A DNA stretch of 64,000 nt from a virus: positions 96,001 through 160,000 of the IMG/VR virus record IMGVR_UViG_3300045974_000166; one strand, given 5' to 3'. The notes beneath the pieces are model-generated. The model was not told where the DNA came from, did no database searches, and worked only from the letters and a program-made list of their open reading frames with translations. Positions 46,930-55,637 of the stretch are shown here, piece after piece. Every line of letters starts with the position of its first letter. Position 1 is the first letter of the stretch. Position numbers and translations under genes: made by a program.

Positions 46930-47939
46930 CCGGTTTGGTTGTCGGCAAGTTCTGCCCACTTCACGATGGGCACGTCAAAGTCATTGATACTGCCGCTGAG
47001 CAATGTGAGAATCTAATCATACTATCTTACACCTCGGGTAATTTCCCAGGCTGTGAAGCAGAGAAGCGGCAAGAGTGGTTAGAAATGGCCACAAAATTTT
47101 GGGACAGAACCAATATTACAATTGATGTCCTAGACACAAAATCCATTGTCATGGGCCTTGTGGATGACTCTTCGGAGTTTGCACATAGACAATTTTGTGC
47201 CGAACATTTGCTTGAAACTTTAGAAACTACCGTAGATGCCGTCTTTACATCCGAAGATTATGGACAGGGATTTGCCGATCATCTAGCACTTTACTTTACG
47301 TCGAAATTTTTGAATCCAGTTCATGTCGAACATGTGATGGTAGACAAAGATCGCCTTGAACATCCAATTTCTGGCACACAACTCCGGGAATCAACTAAGA
47401 ATATGGAACTATATACACCGTGGTATGTTCGAAAAGATTTTGTTCGTAAGGTATTATTCCTTGGTGCCGAATCAACTGGCAAAACTACTTTAGTACGTGC
47501 GCTTGGGGATGAACAACATACTGCTCTAGAATATGGCCGATTGCTGTACGATGCTCGGAATGGTAAACTTCGGTATGAAGACATGACTCTAATTGGTGCT
47601 CGGCAACTTCAAGTGGAAGATTTAAAGGCTGGCGGCATTAAAATGGATGAATTCATATACTGTGACACATCACCATTGACCACACTGTTTTACACCGAGC
47701 AGTGGTTTGGTCGAGTTCCACAAAAACTTTACGATATGGCAGCAAATTTGGATTCTTACTACAAGATCTTCCTGTGTGCGCCAGACTTTCCGATGGTGCA
47801 GGATGGCACCCGGCAGGATGAAAAGTTCCGGAACAAAGGGCATGCGTTCTATCTCAAAGAACTCGAAGGCAAGAAATATACTCTGCTCACAGGAAGTCTT
47901 GAAGAACGAATTGCTAAAGTGAAACAGGAATTACTATGA
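46911..47939 (+). CDS. nadR: NadR-like bifunctional NMN adenylyltransferase / ribosylnicotinamide kinase
   Basis: GKFCPLHDGH (HIGH-like), ISGT..R, FLGAESTGKTTL Walker A, EYGR, DT..LTT, QDGTR. Confidence 0.9.
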   Translation: MAKKFVTGLVVGKFCPLHDGHVKVIDTAAEQCENLIILSYTSGNFPGCEAEKRQEWLEMATKFWDRTNITIDVLDTKSIVMGLVDDSSEFAHRQFCAEHLLETLETTVDAVFTSEDYGQGFADHLALYFTSKFLNPVHVEHVMVDKDRLEHPISGTQLRESTKNMELYTPWYVRKDFVRKVLFLGAESTGKTTLVRALGDEQHTALEYGRLLYDARNGKLRYEDMTLIGARQLQVEDLKAGGIKMDEFIYCDTSPLTTLFYTEQWFGRVPQKLYDMAANLDSYYKIFLCAPDFPMVQDGTRQDEKFRNKGHAFYLKELEGKKYTLLTGSLEERIAKVKQELL

Positions 47940-48271
47940 GTGATTACATGGAATTTAGAGGTAAGTGTAAAGAACTATCCGAAGCTGCATGTTTAGATGA
48001 TCCAACACTTAAATTAGTTCGAGGTCATTACTATTGTCCAATTTGGAATTCAGAAGAACAACATTGGTGGACAGTGAAAGAAGATGGGACGATTTATGAT
48101 CCATCTAAAGCTCAATTTCCATCTAAGGGACTTGGTACGTACACAGAATTTTCTGGTATGGTTGAATGTTCTGAATGCGGAAAAGAAATGAAAGAAGAAG
48201 ATGCAAGTTTCGATAGTAACTATGCATTTTGTTCTTATAAATGTCATGGTAGATTTGTAGGAGTATTTTAA
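47936..48271 (+). CDS. Hypothetical protein with C-terminal zinc finger
   Basis: GHY.CP.W...HWW...DP.K.QFP; C..CG...FCS..C. Confidence 0.65.
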   Translation: MSDYMEFRGKCKELSEAACLDDPTLKLVRGHYYCPIWNSEEQHWWTVKEDGTIYDPSKAQFPSKGLGTYTEFSGMVECSECGKEMKEEDASFDSNYAFCSYKCHGRFVGVF

Positions 48272-48537
48272 TGAAACCGGTTTACACATTAGAAAATTGG
48301 GCAATAATATATGCCGTGGATAGTCCATATACGGCGCCCGAGGCTGCAGTGCCTTGTTTAGTGGGGGATAGAAATGGACTTTACGTAAAGACATCTAGAC
48401 TTCTTGGCAAATCTGGGAACTATGTGGTAACACAGAATTCTCTGTACAAGCTAGGGGAACCAGATCCAGAGTACGAAGCAGCTTATCCCGGTGCTCGTGG
48501 CCGAATGTTTACATCGTTGCAGAATGTAGAAGTATGA
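48271..48537 (+). CDS. Hypothetical protein
   Basis: LENW...PY.APE...L.G......KTS...V.T.NS.Y.LG.PDP.Y. Confidence 0.65.
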   Translation: MKPVYTLENWAIIYAVDSPYTAPEAAVPCLVGDRNGLYVKTSRLLGKSGNYVVTQNSLYKLGEPDPEYEAAYPGARGRMFTSLQNVEV

Positions 48538-48540
48538 GAC

Positions 48541-48744
48541 ATGATCAAAATCAATAATAATCTGTATGTAGCCGAAGATCAGATTTCAGAAGTCGCTTTA
48601 GATTACTATGGTGAACATGTCAAAGTGACTATGAAATCGGGTGAGATACACACCAAATCTAACGTTTATGGAGTTTCTGTCTACAAACAGTTGGATGACT
48701 TAGTCAAAGAAATTAATTTACACATAATGCGCGATGTAGTATAA
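48541..48744 (+). CDS. Hypothetical protein
   Basis: Packed ORF. Confidence 0.55.
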   Translation: MIKINNNLYVAEDQISEVALDYYGEHVKVTMKSGEIHTKSNVYGVSVYKQLDDLVKEINLHIMRDVV

Positions 48745-48745
48745 T
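48717..48745 (+). promoter_or_regulatory. Phage early promoter
   Basis: TTTACA-17nt-TATAAT. Confidence 0.85.
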
Positions 48746-48775
48746 AAACCAACTTCTGAAACTCAAAGGAAAATC

Positions 48776-49126
48776 ATGTCTACATTCGATGAACTCTCGG
48801 TATCTGATCTGCACAAAGATGCGTTCGGTTGCCGTCCTTCTCAGTCTTGGTGGTATGGTTGGACCCATGCTACGGATGCCCAAAAGCAATTCCAATGGGA
48901 TTCTTTGGTGGAAGCCATGGTGCGCTCGGAAGACTACCGCAAAGAGCAAGAAGTGCGAGACATCGCTAAGTTCGAAGCTTCGGTTGCAGTTACCATTGAA
49001 GCTGGTGCAGCTGATCGTGCTACCGCCCTTCGGTGGCTCTTTGAAGCTGCTGATTGTTTTGGTGACTGGGAACATTTTGAATGGCAGAATGGTCTGCCGT
49101 TTCGGTATTTGACAAAGGAAATGTAA
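48776..49126 (+). CDS. Conserved T4-like hypothetical protein
   Basis: SDLHKDAFG.RP......W......W..L...; GA.DRATALRWL. Confidence 0.75.
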   Translation: MSTFDELSVSDLHKDAFGCRPSQSWWYGWTHATDAQKQFQWDSLVEAMVRSEDYRKEQEVRDIAKFEASVAVTIEAGAADRATALRWLFEAADCFGDWEHFEWQNGLPFRYLTKEM

Positions 49127-49338
49127 TGTCTAGAGTAACTATGTCCGCGGCGTTCATTGTAAGCAACCCAGATGGTTGGCTGTATTCTGTTCGGGCGGAC
49201 GACGACAATTCCGAGTGCATTCGCATAGAACAAATCGATGACGGCAGTGGCACTCCGACTGGTCATCTTGTCTTCACAAAAGAGGAAGCAATGTTTATTG
49301 CTACCGCACTACAACGACTTGCTATTAACAAGGACTAA
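49126..49338 (+). CDS. Hypothetical protein
   Basis: Start re-assigned to ATG 49126. Confidence 0.55.
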   Translation: MSRVTMSAAFIVSNPDGWLYSVRADDDNSECIRIEQIDDGSGTPTGHLVFTKEEAMFIATALQRLAINKD

Positions 49339-49339
49339 A

Positions 49340-49804
49340 ATGACCGATTACTTTGAATTAGAAGAAGGCATCCAGAATTGCTGGAATGTCACCACAGACA
49401 TCAAGGATATGTGTGAAGCCGGAGCTCCAGTGGAAGACATCAAAGCTCTGGCAACCGTGTATGCCTATCGCTTCGAAAAGCTCTGGAATACTTACGAGAG
49501 CATGATCCGGGAAAAACAATTTGTGAGTACTGAGGTTCCAACGGCCGAACAATTCTCAGATTTGCCGCCAAGCGGGGTTGACATGAGCGAGGCGGCAACT
49601 ACATCTGGCAACGGAATCTTTGGAGTCAATCTTGTGGATTCGGATAATCAGAATGTACGACTCTCGTACGGTATCTATGACACAGATGAAGGTCCCCAGC
49701 GGATCCTCGGTATTGGCCGCGGCACCGAAACTTTATCATCATCGATCAATGATCTTGATGTGTACATCAACGCACTTACTATCTTGAAGGCTTGTGTAAA
49801 ATGA
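49340..49804 (+). CDS. Hypothetical protein
   Basis: F.LE..I..CW.VT.DI...Y..RFEKLW..YE; start re-assigned to 49340. Confidence 0.6.
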   Translation: MTDYFELEEGIQNCWNVTTDIKDMCEAGAPVEDIKALATVYAYRFEKLWNTYESMIREKQFVSTEVPTAEQFSDLPPSGVDMSEAATTSGNGIFGVNLVDSDNQNVRLSYGIYDTDEGPQRILGIGRGTETLSSSINDLDVYINALTILKACVK

Positions 49805-50025
49805 ACTACCCCCGCGTGTATGGATTCACAGATCGTCAACTGAAACATGCCGACGTTCTTTGGGCGCTTCAGTCTACCGAGGATGTTGAGTACTACCTTA
49901 GTGGTTTGACTGGAGCCGATTTCACAGATGCTCAGGTTGCTCTCATGATGATTGCCGCCGAGATTTACGATGAAGTCACAGAGTTTGACTTTGATCTGAC
50001 TCAAGTTCTCGAGAATCTGAAATAA
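49801..50025 (+). CDS. Hypothetical protein
   Basis: Q...AD.LW......V..Y; ATGA overlap. Confidence 0.6.
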   Translation: MNYPRVYGFTDRQLKHADVLWALQSTEDVEYYLSGLTGADFTDAQVALMMIAAEIYDEVTEFDFDLTQVLENLK

Positions 50026-50054
50026 TTTACACATATTGACTGTTGGGTTATAAT
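50026..50054 (+). promoter_or_regulatory. Phage early promoter
   Basis: TTTACA-17nt-TATAAT. Confidence 0.85.
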
Positions 50055-50060
50055 TAACCC

Positions 50061-50264
50061 ATGTCTAAAATCACTCTTAAAACAGTCAATAAAGCCCTGA
50101 AGGAAGAGGGAATTCCCCTCGAACTTCAACGTGGTTCTGGTTACTTTTACTTCACCGGCTATGTGTTGGATCTCCGTGATTCAACCTCGGTGATGGTAAA
50201 CTCACTGAACCAATTGACTCTCGGCGAGTGGATTGAAGAAGCTCAATCGTTGATCAAGGAATAA
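50061..50264 (+). CDS. Hypothetical protein
   Basis: TLK.VNKA......EL..G.GYFYF...SV.V..LN.LTL..W. Confidence 0.65.
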   Translation: MSKITLKTVNKALKEEGIPLELQRGSGYFYFTGYVLDLRDSTSVMVNSLNQLTLGEWIEEAQSLIKE

Positions 50265-50266
50265 TC

Positions 50267-50545
50267 ATGCGTGGAAAATACAGCCCAACCGTTACTGCCG
50301 CTTACATGGCTGACCAGGAATGGTGGCACAAATACAGCCGTGAAGCCGAAGAATTCACTCAGTACGACCCAGAAGGTTTCGATTCTTACGGCTACGATGT
50401 GAACGACGTTGACCGTGCCGGCAACTGGGAATGTGTTTACTACGAGAACAATGCGCCAGAGTTTGTTGATGCCGACTACAACTGGAAGTACGAAGCGGCT
50501 CTGGATGAATGGACATTTGACGGTATGAAACCGGTAAGGAAATGA
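50267..50545 (+). CDS. Hypothetical protein
   Basis: RGKYSPTV...YD.EGFDSYGY...D.DRAG. Confidence 0.65.
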   Translation: MRGKYSPTVTAAYMADQEWWHKYSREAEEFTQYDPEGFDSYGYDVNDVDRAGNWECVYYENNAPEFVDADYNWKYEAALDEWTFDGMKPVRK

Positions 50546-50797
50546 ATGAATGCAGCAGAAGCACTTGACTTGGCAACAGCGGCTAGGTCGCTTGACGGTG
50601 AGTACAAACGCGAAGAAACCAACGAGGTTTTGAAAACAATCAAAGCTAATGCTAAAGTTGGCAATCTAGGTTGTATCATTTATGATCTCATTGATCCGAT
50701 AGTAGTGAATCGTCTGAGAATACTTGGGTATGCAGTCAGAGAGTCTGAGGACCAACGTGACGGCTACATGGCAGAAATTACTTGGGGTAAAAAATGA
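50546..50797 (+). CDS. Hypothetical protein
   Basis: I...A..G.......L..LGY.V.......I.W. Confidence 0.6.
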   Translation: MNAAEALDLATAARSLDGEYKREETNEVLKTIKANAKVGNLGCIIYDLIDPIVVNRLRILGYAVRESEDQRDGYMAEITWGKK

Positions 50798-50887
50798 GAC
50801 CAGCACATCTTTACATCACCGCATCAATCGTGATGTTCGCTCTCGGACATTGGATTGCCGGATCAATTTTGTTGTTTTTGTTTTTGA

Positions 50888-51130
50888 TTGCATGATATGA
50901 GGTACGATGAGTTTAGAATGGCTCACTATGCCACATATCAACCACAACTTCGTGGTCCAGGATTTGAAGATGAAAGCATCACCGATTGGAAAAACCGTTG
51001 GGTTACTCGTATGTCTTCTCTGCAAATCCGTACGTGCATGGTTCATGAATTTGGGCACTACAATAGTGAGTGGAAAGATGTTGCCGAGGTAGTTATTCCG
51101 GCGTCCGAATGGTATAAGGAAACAAAATGA
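50888..51130 (+). CDS. Hypothetical protein
   Basis: LQ.R........SEW.DV..V; ATGA overlap with the ligase. Confidence 0.55.
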   Translation: MHDMRYDEFRMAHYATYQPQLRGPGFEDESITDWKNRWVTRMSSLQIRTCMVHEFGHYNSEWKDVAEVVIPASEWYKETK

Positions 51131-52185
51131 CAGAAGTTTATGTTCGTAAAATGGCATCTATTCAAAAGATTGCCGAAGTAAAGGCTATCCCTGACGCAGA
51201 CAAGATCTGTGCTTACAGGGTGAATGGCTGGTGGATTGTTGACCAAGTCGGCAAGTATGTCGTGGGTGATCTTGTTGTGTACGCAGAACCAGATTCTTTC
51301 ATTCCGAGCACACTTGCACCTTTCTTGACGAAGCCAGGACATTTCCCCAAGACGTATCTTGGTGTCGAAGGTGAAAAACTTCGCACGATCCGTCTGCGCA
51401 AGCAATTGTCACAAGGGCTGTTGCTGCCATTTACTCCAGAAATTGCAATCAAGGGGTTGGGCGCTGGGCCTGGGGCAAAATTTTCGGATTATGAAGGTGC
51501 TGATGTTTCTGAATTTCTCGGCATTGTAAAGTGGGAAGCACCACCTGAGTTTACTTCTGCTGATGCTCGTGGATCATTCCCATCGTTCATCATCAAGACT
51601 GACCAAGAACGTGTGCAAAACTGCTTCCGTGATATGGAAGAACATTTTGAACACCAAACATGGGAAGTCACAGAGAAGTGCGAAGGCTCTTCAATGACCG
51701 TGTACCAACGTCAAGGTGATTTTGGTGTTTGCTCACGCAACTTGGATTTGAAAGAATCTGAGGACAACACATTCTGGAAGATGGCTATTGAGCTTGGTCT
51801 GAAGGAAAAGTTGATCGAAGGTGGGTTGAATATTGCTATTCAAGGTGAACTTTGTGGTCCTGGAATTCAGGGTAACATTTACAACTTGACCAAGCACATG
51901 TTCTTCGTGTTTGATATTTTTGACATTGACAAGTTTGAATACTTTAACCCGCACGAACGTAGGTTCCATACAGCACTGCTTGGGTTGACTGATGTGCCTG
52001 TGCTTGAACGTGAAGCAAATCTGGTTGGGCATACATGTGAATCACTGCTATCAAAGGCCGATGGCCAGTCTGTACTTGGGTTGATTGGATGCCTGCGTGA
52101 AGGTGAAGTTTACAAGTTGAATTCGAATCGGCGTATTTCATTCAAAGCAGTGTCAAATAAATATCTTGAAAAGGTTAAGGATTAA
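51127..52185 (+). CDS. RNA ligase (DRB0094 family)
   Basis: RKMASIQ.I..V..I..AD.I....V.GW, E.DSF.P, .R.R.Q.SQGL, FP.FI.KTDQER.QN, TEK.EGSSMT, QGE..GPGIQGN, EG.V, SFKA.SN.YL. Confidence 0.92.
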   Translation: MTEVYVRKMASIQKIAEVKAIPDADKICAYRVNGWWIVDQVGKYVVGDLVVYAEPDSFIPSTLAPFLTKPGHFPKTYLGVEGEKLRTIRLRKQLSQGLLLPFTPEIAIKGLGAGPGAKFSDYEGADVSEFLGIVKWEAPPEFTSADARGSFPSFIIKTDQERVQNCFRDMEEHFEHQTWEVTEKCEGSSMTVYQRQGDFGVCSRNLDLKESEDNTFWKMAIELGLKEKLIEGGLNIAIQGELCGPGIQGNIYNLTKHMFFVFDIFDIDKFEYFNPHERRFHTALLGLTDVPVLEREANLVGHTCESLLSKADGQSVLGLIGCLREGEVYKLNSNRRISFKAVSNKYLEKVKD

Positions 52186-52292
52186 TATGAAAGCAAAAAT
52201 TGTCGAGGCAGGTCTATATACGGCCATGACTATTGTGGTTTTGATTACTATCTACTTGTTTGCAATGCTACGATAAATATTAAATTTTAGTA

Positions 52293-52667
52293 ATGACTAT
52301 GAAAATAGGTTTAAGACTTGGATATTGTCTCCGCGATATAGTTAAAGGCACTGTAAAAACTTCAAGCATTTTTGTACTTATTGTAAATTCCAAATTTAAC
52401 CCAAATAATGATGATCATTGGGATGCAATTTGGGAATATTACATGGATAACAAAATCTGGGATACCGGCCATAGCGAAGATGTATATAAATTTGCACTGA
52501 GAAGATTGTACAAGGCTGGCAAAATACATCAACCAAGAATTTACGGTGGTCGAGTACATAAATTTACTGAATCATGGGTCGAAATGATCCCAGCATTAAT
52601 TAAAATGGCACCACAACAAGTTACCAGTTTTCCCGAACTGAGTACAATACCGGATATACTATTATGA
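52293..52667 (+). CDS. Hypothetical protein
   Basis: KIGL.L..C.RDIV.G.V....I...L...GK.HQPR. Confidence 0.65.
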   Translation: MTMKIGLRLGYCLRDIVKGTVKTSSIFVLIVNSKFNPNNDDHWDAIWEYYMDNKIWDTGHSEDVYKFALRRLYKAGKIHQPRIYGGRVHKFTESWVEMIPALIKMAPQQVTSFPELSTIPDILL

Positions 52668-53446
52668 GAATTTCTTATTGGTCGAATTCAAAGTTTGCCG
52701 CAAAGCTCCGAGAAGTCTTCGGACTTCCTAAGCAACCGACTTCTGCAACATGGGAAGAATGGAAGGAAATAGAAGCCGAAGAAAAGAAAGCATCTCGACT
52801 TGGTATTGCTATTATACACGGTTTTGATAAAATCCAGGGGGCAATCTATGCTGTTCCGGATGCACTTCACTCTGTAGCTTATTTTGCTGGTAATATTAAG
52901 AATCAGTCGAATGTTCTTCGTACTCGTACTAAATTTGGATCTTGGGCTGATTTGTCTAATAGAATTCCAGACGGCTTGATGTTTGCCGTAGTCGACTACT
53001 TTGAAAAAGAATGCTTTTGGATGAACTGTGCCTTTACTTCTAAAGAAGAAATGCATACACTCGAACCAGAAGTTCAAAAATACATACAACAATCTTACAT
53101 CCACCGAAAATTGTTTGGTGTCAAAGTTTCGGATGAAGTAAGAGCAAAGCATGCTCGAGAATGGATTGATTTCCAGATTAAAGAAGGTAACCCAGAATCA
53201 GCGTCTGGTTACGAAGCACTTTGGGCAGCTTACAAATTCGCCAAGGGTCGGTACCTTACATATGACGCTTGGGAAGAATCTGGCTATAATGCTAGAATGG
53301 ATGAAATTCATCGAGGCATTGGTAATGTGTCCGAAGAGCAAACTGCTCTATTTAGAAAAATTACCGAACTCGAAGAAGCATTTGAGAAGGAAGTAGAAAT
53401 TCATTGTACTTCTATTGTGAAATATCGTCAATTTATGTGGACTTAA
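52664..53446 (+). CDS. Hypothetical protein
   Basis: YWS.SKFA..LR; 260 aa. Confidence 0.65.
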   Translation: MRISYWSNSKFAAKLREVFGLPKQPTSATWEEWKEIEAEEKKASRLGIAIIHGFDKIQGAIYAVPDALHSVAYFAGNIKNQSNVLRTRTKFGSWADLSNRIPDGLMFAVVDYFEKECFWMNCAFTSKEEMHTLEPEVQKYIQQSYIHRKLFGVKVSDEVRAKHAREWIDFQIKEGNPESASGYEALWAAYKFAKGRYLTYDAWEESGYNARMDEIHRGIGNVSEEQTALFRKITELEEAFEKEVEIHCTSIVKYRQFMWT

Positions 53447-53447
53447 T

Positions 53448-53705
53448 ATGACAAACAATTTATATGATGGTTTAGAACTCAAAGAAATCAAACCGCTTGA
53501 GTATCAGTGGCCCAAAGATGGAGTTACAGATGGAGTTACTTATACTATTGCTAAAGAACTAGAACCGATCGGTTATTGGGTCTTGGGCTCTGGTGGATAT
53601 TCTACTATAAATTTTGCTATGTACGTTAAACCAACTGCGGATCAGATTTACAACACAGAGATGCTGCTTGGTTGGAAATGGAAAGATGCAATTAAGTACA
53701 AATAA
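53448..53705 (+). CDS. Hypothetical protein
   Basis: P...G.WVLG..G...F....KP........MLLGW.W. Confidence 0.6.
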   Translation: MTNNLYDGLELKEIKPLEYQWPKDGVTDGVTYTIAKELEPIGYWVLGSGGYSTINFAMYVKPTADQIYNTEMLLGWKWKDAIKYK

Positions 53706-53715
53706 GAATGTCCGA

Positions 53716-53931
53716 ATGATTGCGGTAGAGTCAAATCTTATCGTAGAAGAATACAATGGGTTTGATCGCGCAGAACTTACTCAAGCTGAGATTGAGTTTG
53801 CCAAGGGCATCATTGCGCAGTGCATCTTTATTGTACAGTGTGGTGTCGTTCGGAATGGACATGATACTCCAGAGTACAAACGATCGGTGAGACACATCAC
53901 GGATCTGGAATATTTCAAGGACAACGTATGA
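53716..53931 (+). CDS. FAELIV.EC family-related protein
   Basis: EFAKGIIAQCI...I..LEYF. Confidence 0.5.
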   Translation: MIAVESNLIVEEYNGFDRAELTQAEIEFAKGIIAQCIFIVQCGVVRNGHDTPEYKRSVRHITDLEYFKDNV

Positions 53932-54149
53932 GTTGCAATCTTGTTCATGGTTTGGTAGATGACAAAAGATGTTGTTGCAATTGCAAATATCATCATGTAG
54001 ACTACCATCACTGCTGTACCACAGGTAAGAAAGCAGATGGTGCTTGTGTCTGTTCTAACCAACGGGGTTGGATCTGCTCGGGCACAGGTAGAATGCATTC
54101 TGGATGGACAGAACACGGACTCTGTGAAGAACACGATTACTCAATATGA
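53928..54149 (+). CDS. Cys-rich hypothetical protein
   Basis: CCCNC..H...HC...C.C....GW.C...HG.CE. Confidence 0.65.
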   Translation: MSCNLVHGLVDDKRCCCNCKYHHVDYHHCCTTGKKADGACVCSNQRGWICSGTGRMHSGWTEHGLCEEHDYSI

Positions 54150-54334
54150 TGTACCGAGAATATTTCCTGGCATTTCTGGATTCAAATCCAAGGAAAAATG
54201 AAATGTGGCAAGCACCACAACTAGATTGGTCTACGTGGCTTGGAAGTCCGATGTGGTATGATGGTGGATTCTATGTGAACCGAACACTGGAAGAACGAAA
54301 TGAACATGACAGAAGAACTCAAAGGAGAAGTTAG
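54146..54334 (+). CDS. Hypothetical protein
   Basis: Packed ORF. Confidence 0.4.
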   Translation: MMYREYFLAFLDSNPRKNEMWQAPQLDWSTWLGSPMWYDGGFYVNRTLEERNEHDRRTQRRS

Positions 54335-54335
54335 T

Positions 54336-54476
54336 ATGATTGCAACAGCAGTAACAATTGGTTTGGTAATGGTAGGATGGATGGCAATTTGGGCATTCGT
54401 TCACGGCGCTTCAGATGGATGCGGTGGGAACTGCAACCAAGGTCAAGATAAGTGTGATTGCAAAAAGTTTGAATAA
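54336..54476 (+). CDS. Small membrane protein with Cys-rich tail (not in ORF track)
   Basis: MIATAVTIGLVMVGWMAIWAFVHGA...CGGNCNQG...CDC; RBS AAGGAG. Confidence 0.55.
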   Translation: MIATAVTIGLVMVGWMAIWAFVHGASDGCGGNCNQGQDKCDCKKFE

Positions 54477-54511
54477 ATTTTCGTTTTTCTGAGAAAAAGT
54501 TGGCTAACCAC

Positions 54512-54519
54512 CATAAATA
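54512..54519 (+). promoter_or_regulatory. T4-type late promoter (CATAAATA)
   Basis: 5 nt upstream of a leaderless 35-codon ORF. Confidence 0.45.
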
Positions 54520-54524
54520 AGTAC

Positions 54525-54632
54525 ATGAAACAAAACCTCTTATCCTTGTCGATGCATCTCTCAAACGCTGTCTATAATAGCGGTTGCGCCATTGCACGCG
54601 GACAATTCACACCAGAATGGGATCAAACATAG
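54525..54632 (+). CDS. Putative leader peptide (35 aa)
   Basis: MKQNLLSLSMHLSNAVYNSGCAIARGQFTPEWDQT, followed by a terminator. Confidence 0.35.
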   Translation: MKQNLLSLSMHLSNAVYNSGCAIARGQFTPEWDQT

Positions 54633-54659
54633 AGGGACTTTGAAATTCTACGGAACACC

Positions 54660-54686
54660 AAAGGCCCTTGTAAGAAGGGCCTTTTT
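54660..54686 (+). terminator. Rho-independent terminator
   Basis: AAAGGCCCTT-gtaag-AAGGGCCTTTTT. Confidence 0.85.
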
Positions 54687-54703
54687 GATTGGTTCTAAAA
54701 TAA

Positions 54704-54732
54704 TTTACACATATTCCGGGATGGTTTATAAT
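54704..54732 (+). promoter_or_regulatory. Early promoter of RNA island, copy 1
   Basis: TTTACA-17nt-TATAAT. Confidence 0.85.
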
Positions 54733-54741
54733 CATTCCATA

Positions 54742-54781
54742 CCAACAAATCATCGTGTTTGTTGGATTGGTTCTTTAAAAA
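54742..54781 (+). promoter_or_regulatory. boxB-like hairpin + boxA antitermination leader, copy 1
   Basis: CCAACAAA-tCATCGtg-TTTGTTGG then GTTCTTTAAAAA (boxA consensus GYTCTTTAANA). Confidence 0.7.
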
Positions 54782-54784
54782 GTT

Positions 54785-54973
54785 GTTGTTAGGTTCTGAC
54801 TCACTCTAAGGTGAGTATGGTAGCCCTGGGTATTAAGTCCCAATGGGTGAGGTGAAACCAATTAGTTGTTCGGACGTCACGCAAGTGAAGGGTAGCTCAA
54901 AAAGAGCAAGGTAAAGAACCGCAGTATCCGCAAGGACTGTAATTGGCGTAATGTAAGAAATTTCCCTAACAAC
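54785..54973 (+). ncRNA. Candidate structured ncRNA (about 190 nt)
   Basis: Closing stem GTTGTTAGG/CCTAACAAC; internal GNRA-capped hairpins (GTGA, GCAA twice). Confidence 0.5.
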
Positions 54974-54991
54974 TTCTGACTAAAGAAATAA

Positions 54992-55020
54992 TTTACACAT
55001 AATGCAAATTGTGGTATAAT
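54992..55020 (+). promoter_or_regulatory. Early promoter of RNA island, copy 2
   Basis: TTTACA-17nt-TATAAT. Confidence 0.85.
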
Positions 55021-55028
55021 TAATCTTT

Positions 55029-55068
55029 CAAACAGATCATCGAATTTGTTTGTTTAGTTCCTTAACAA
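55029..55068 (+). promoter_or_regulatory. boxB-like hairpin + boxA leader, copy 2
   Basis: CAAACAGAT-CATCGa-ATTTGTTTG then GTTCCTTAACAA. Confidence 0.65.
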
Positions 55069-55637
55069 TATAGTAGACAAGATTCCTTGCATTGACGACA
55101 TAAAAAGTGTGTCCTCGATCGTGAGATTACAGGTGCTAACAGATAGGGTAAAACGTATCCAAGGCAAGTGTGAGGAGTCATTTTGAAGTATCGTAGGTGA
55201 TCCAAACTGCTCCACGAGGTTTGTGGTAGGTGATCTGGACGGTATTTCAAAATGACATTTTGAAGTATTTTAGTTTGAACGTACTCCTGGATCTTAATTG
55301 AAAAAGGCACGCCAGTATTCCTAAAGTATTTCAAAATGATTATCCCAAGACAATAGCGCAACGATAAGATCCGTGCAGACACAATTCTACAATAGCAGCA
55401 CGATATTGGGATGTCATTTTAAAACATACTTAGATGCTAGTTCGATTCTAGGCCTGGGTAAGAGTAGCATAATTTGGCAATGCGAACGTATGTTTTAAAA
55501 TGATTGTCTGATTGTGCATTAGTAGTTTAAGCAGAGGAAGACGTCATTTTGAAGTATTTTGTGTAATTCCCGTCTCAACGGTATGCCGTCCCAACAGCTA
55601 ACCGCGTAGGTAACAAAGTATTTCAAAATGATTTTAT

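Noticed and set aside
144-54792. The many minus-strand ORFs in the track (e.g. 4507-4917, 13592-14092, 18499-18972, 23093-23671)
   Set aside because: They are antisense shadows of well-supported + strand genes, with no promoters, RBS or motifs.
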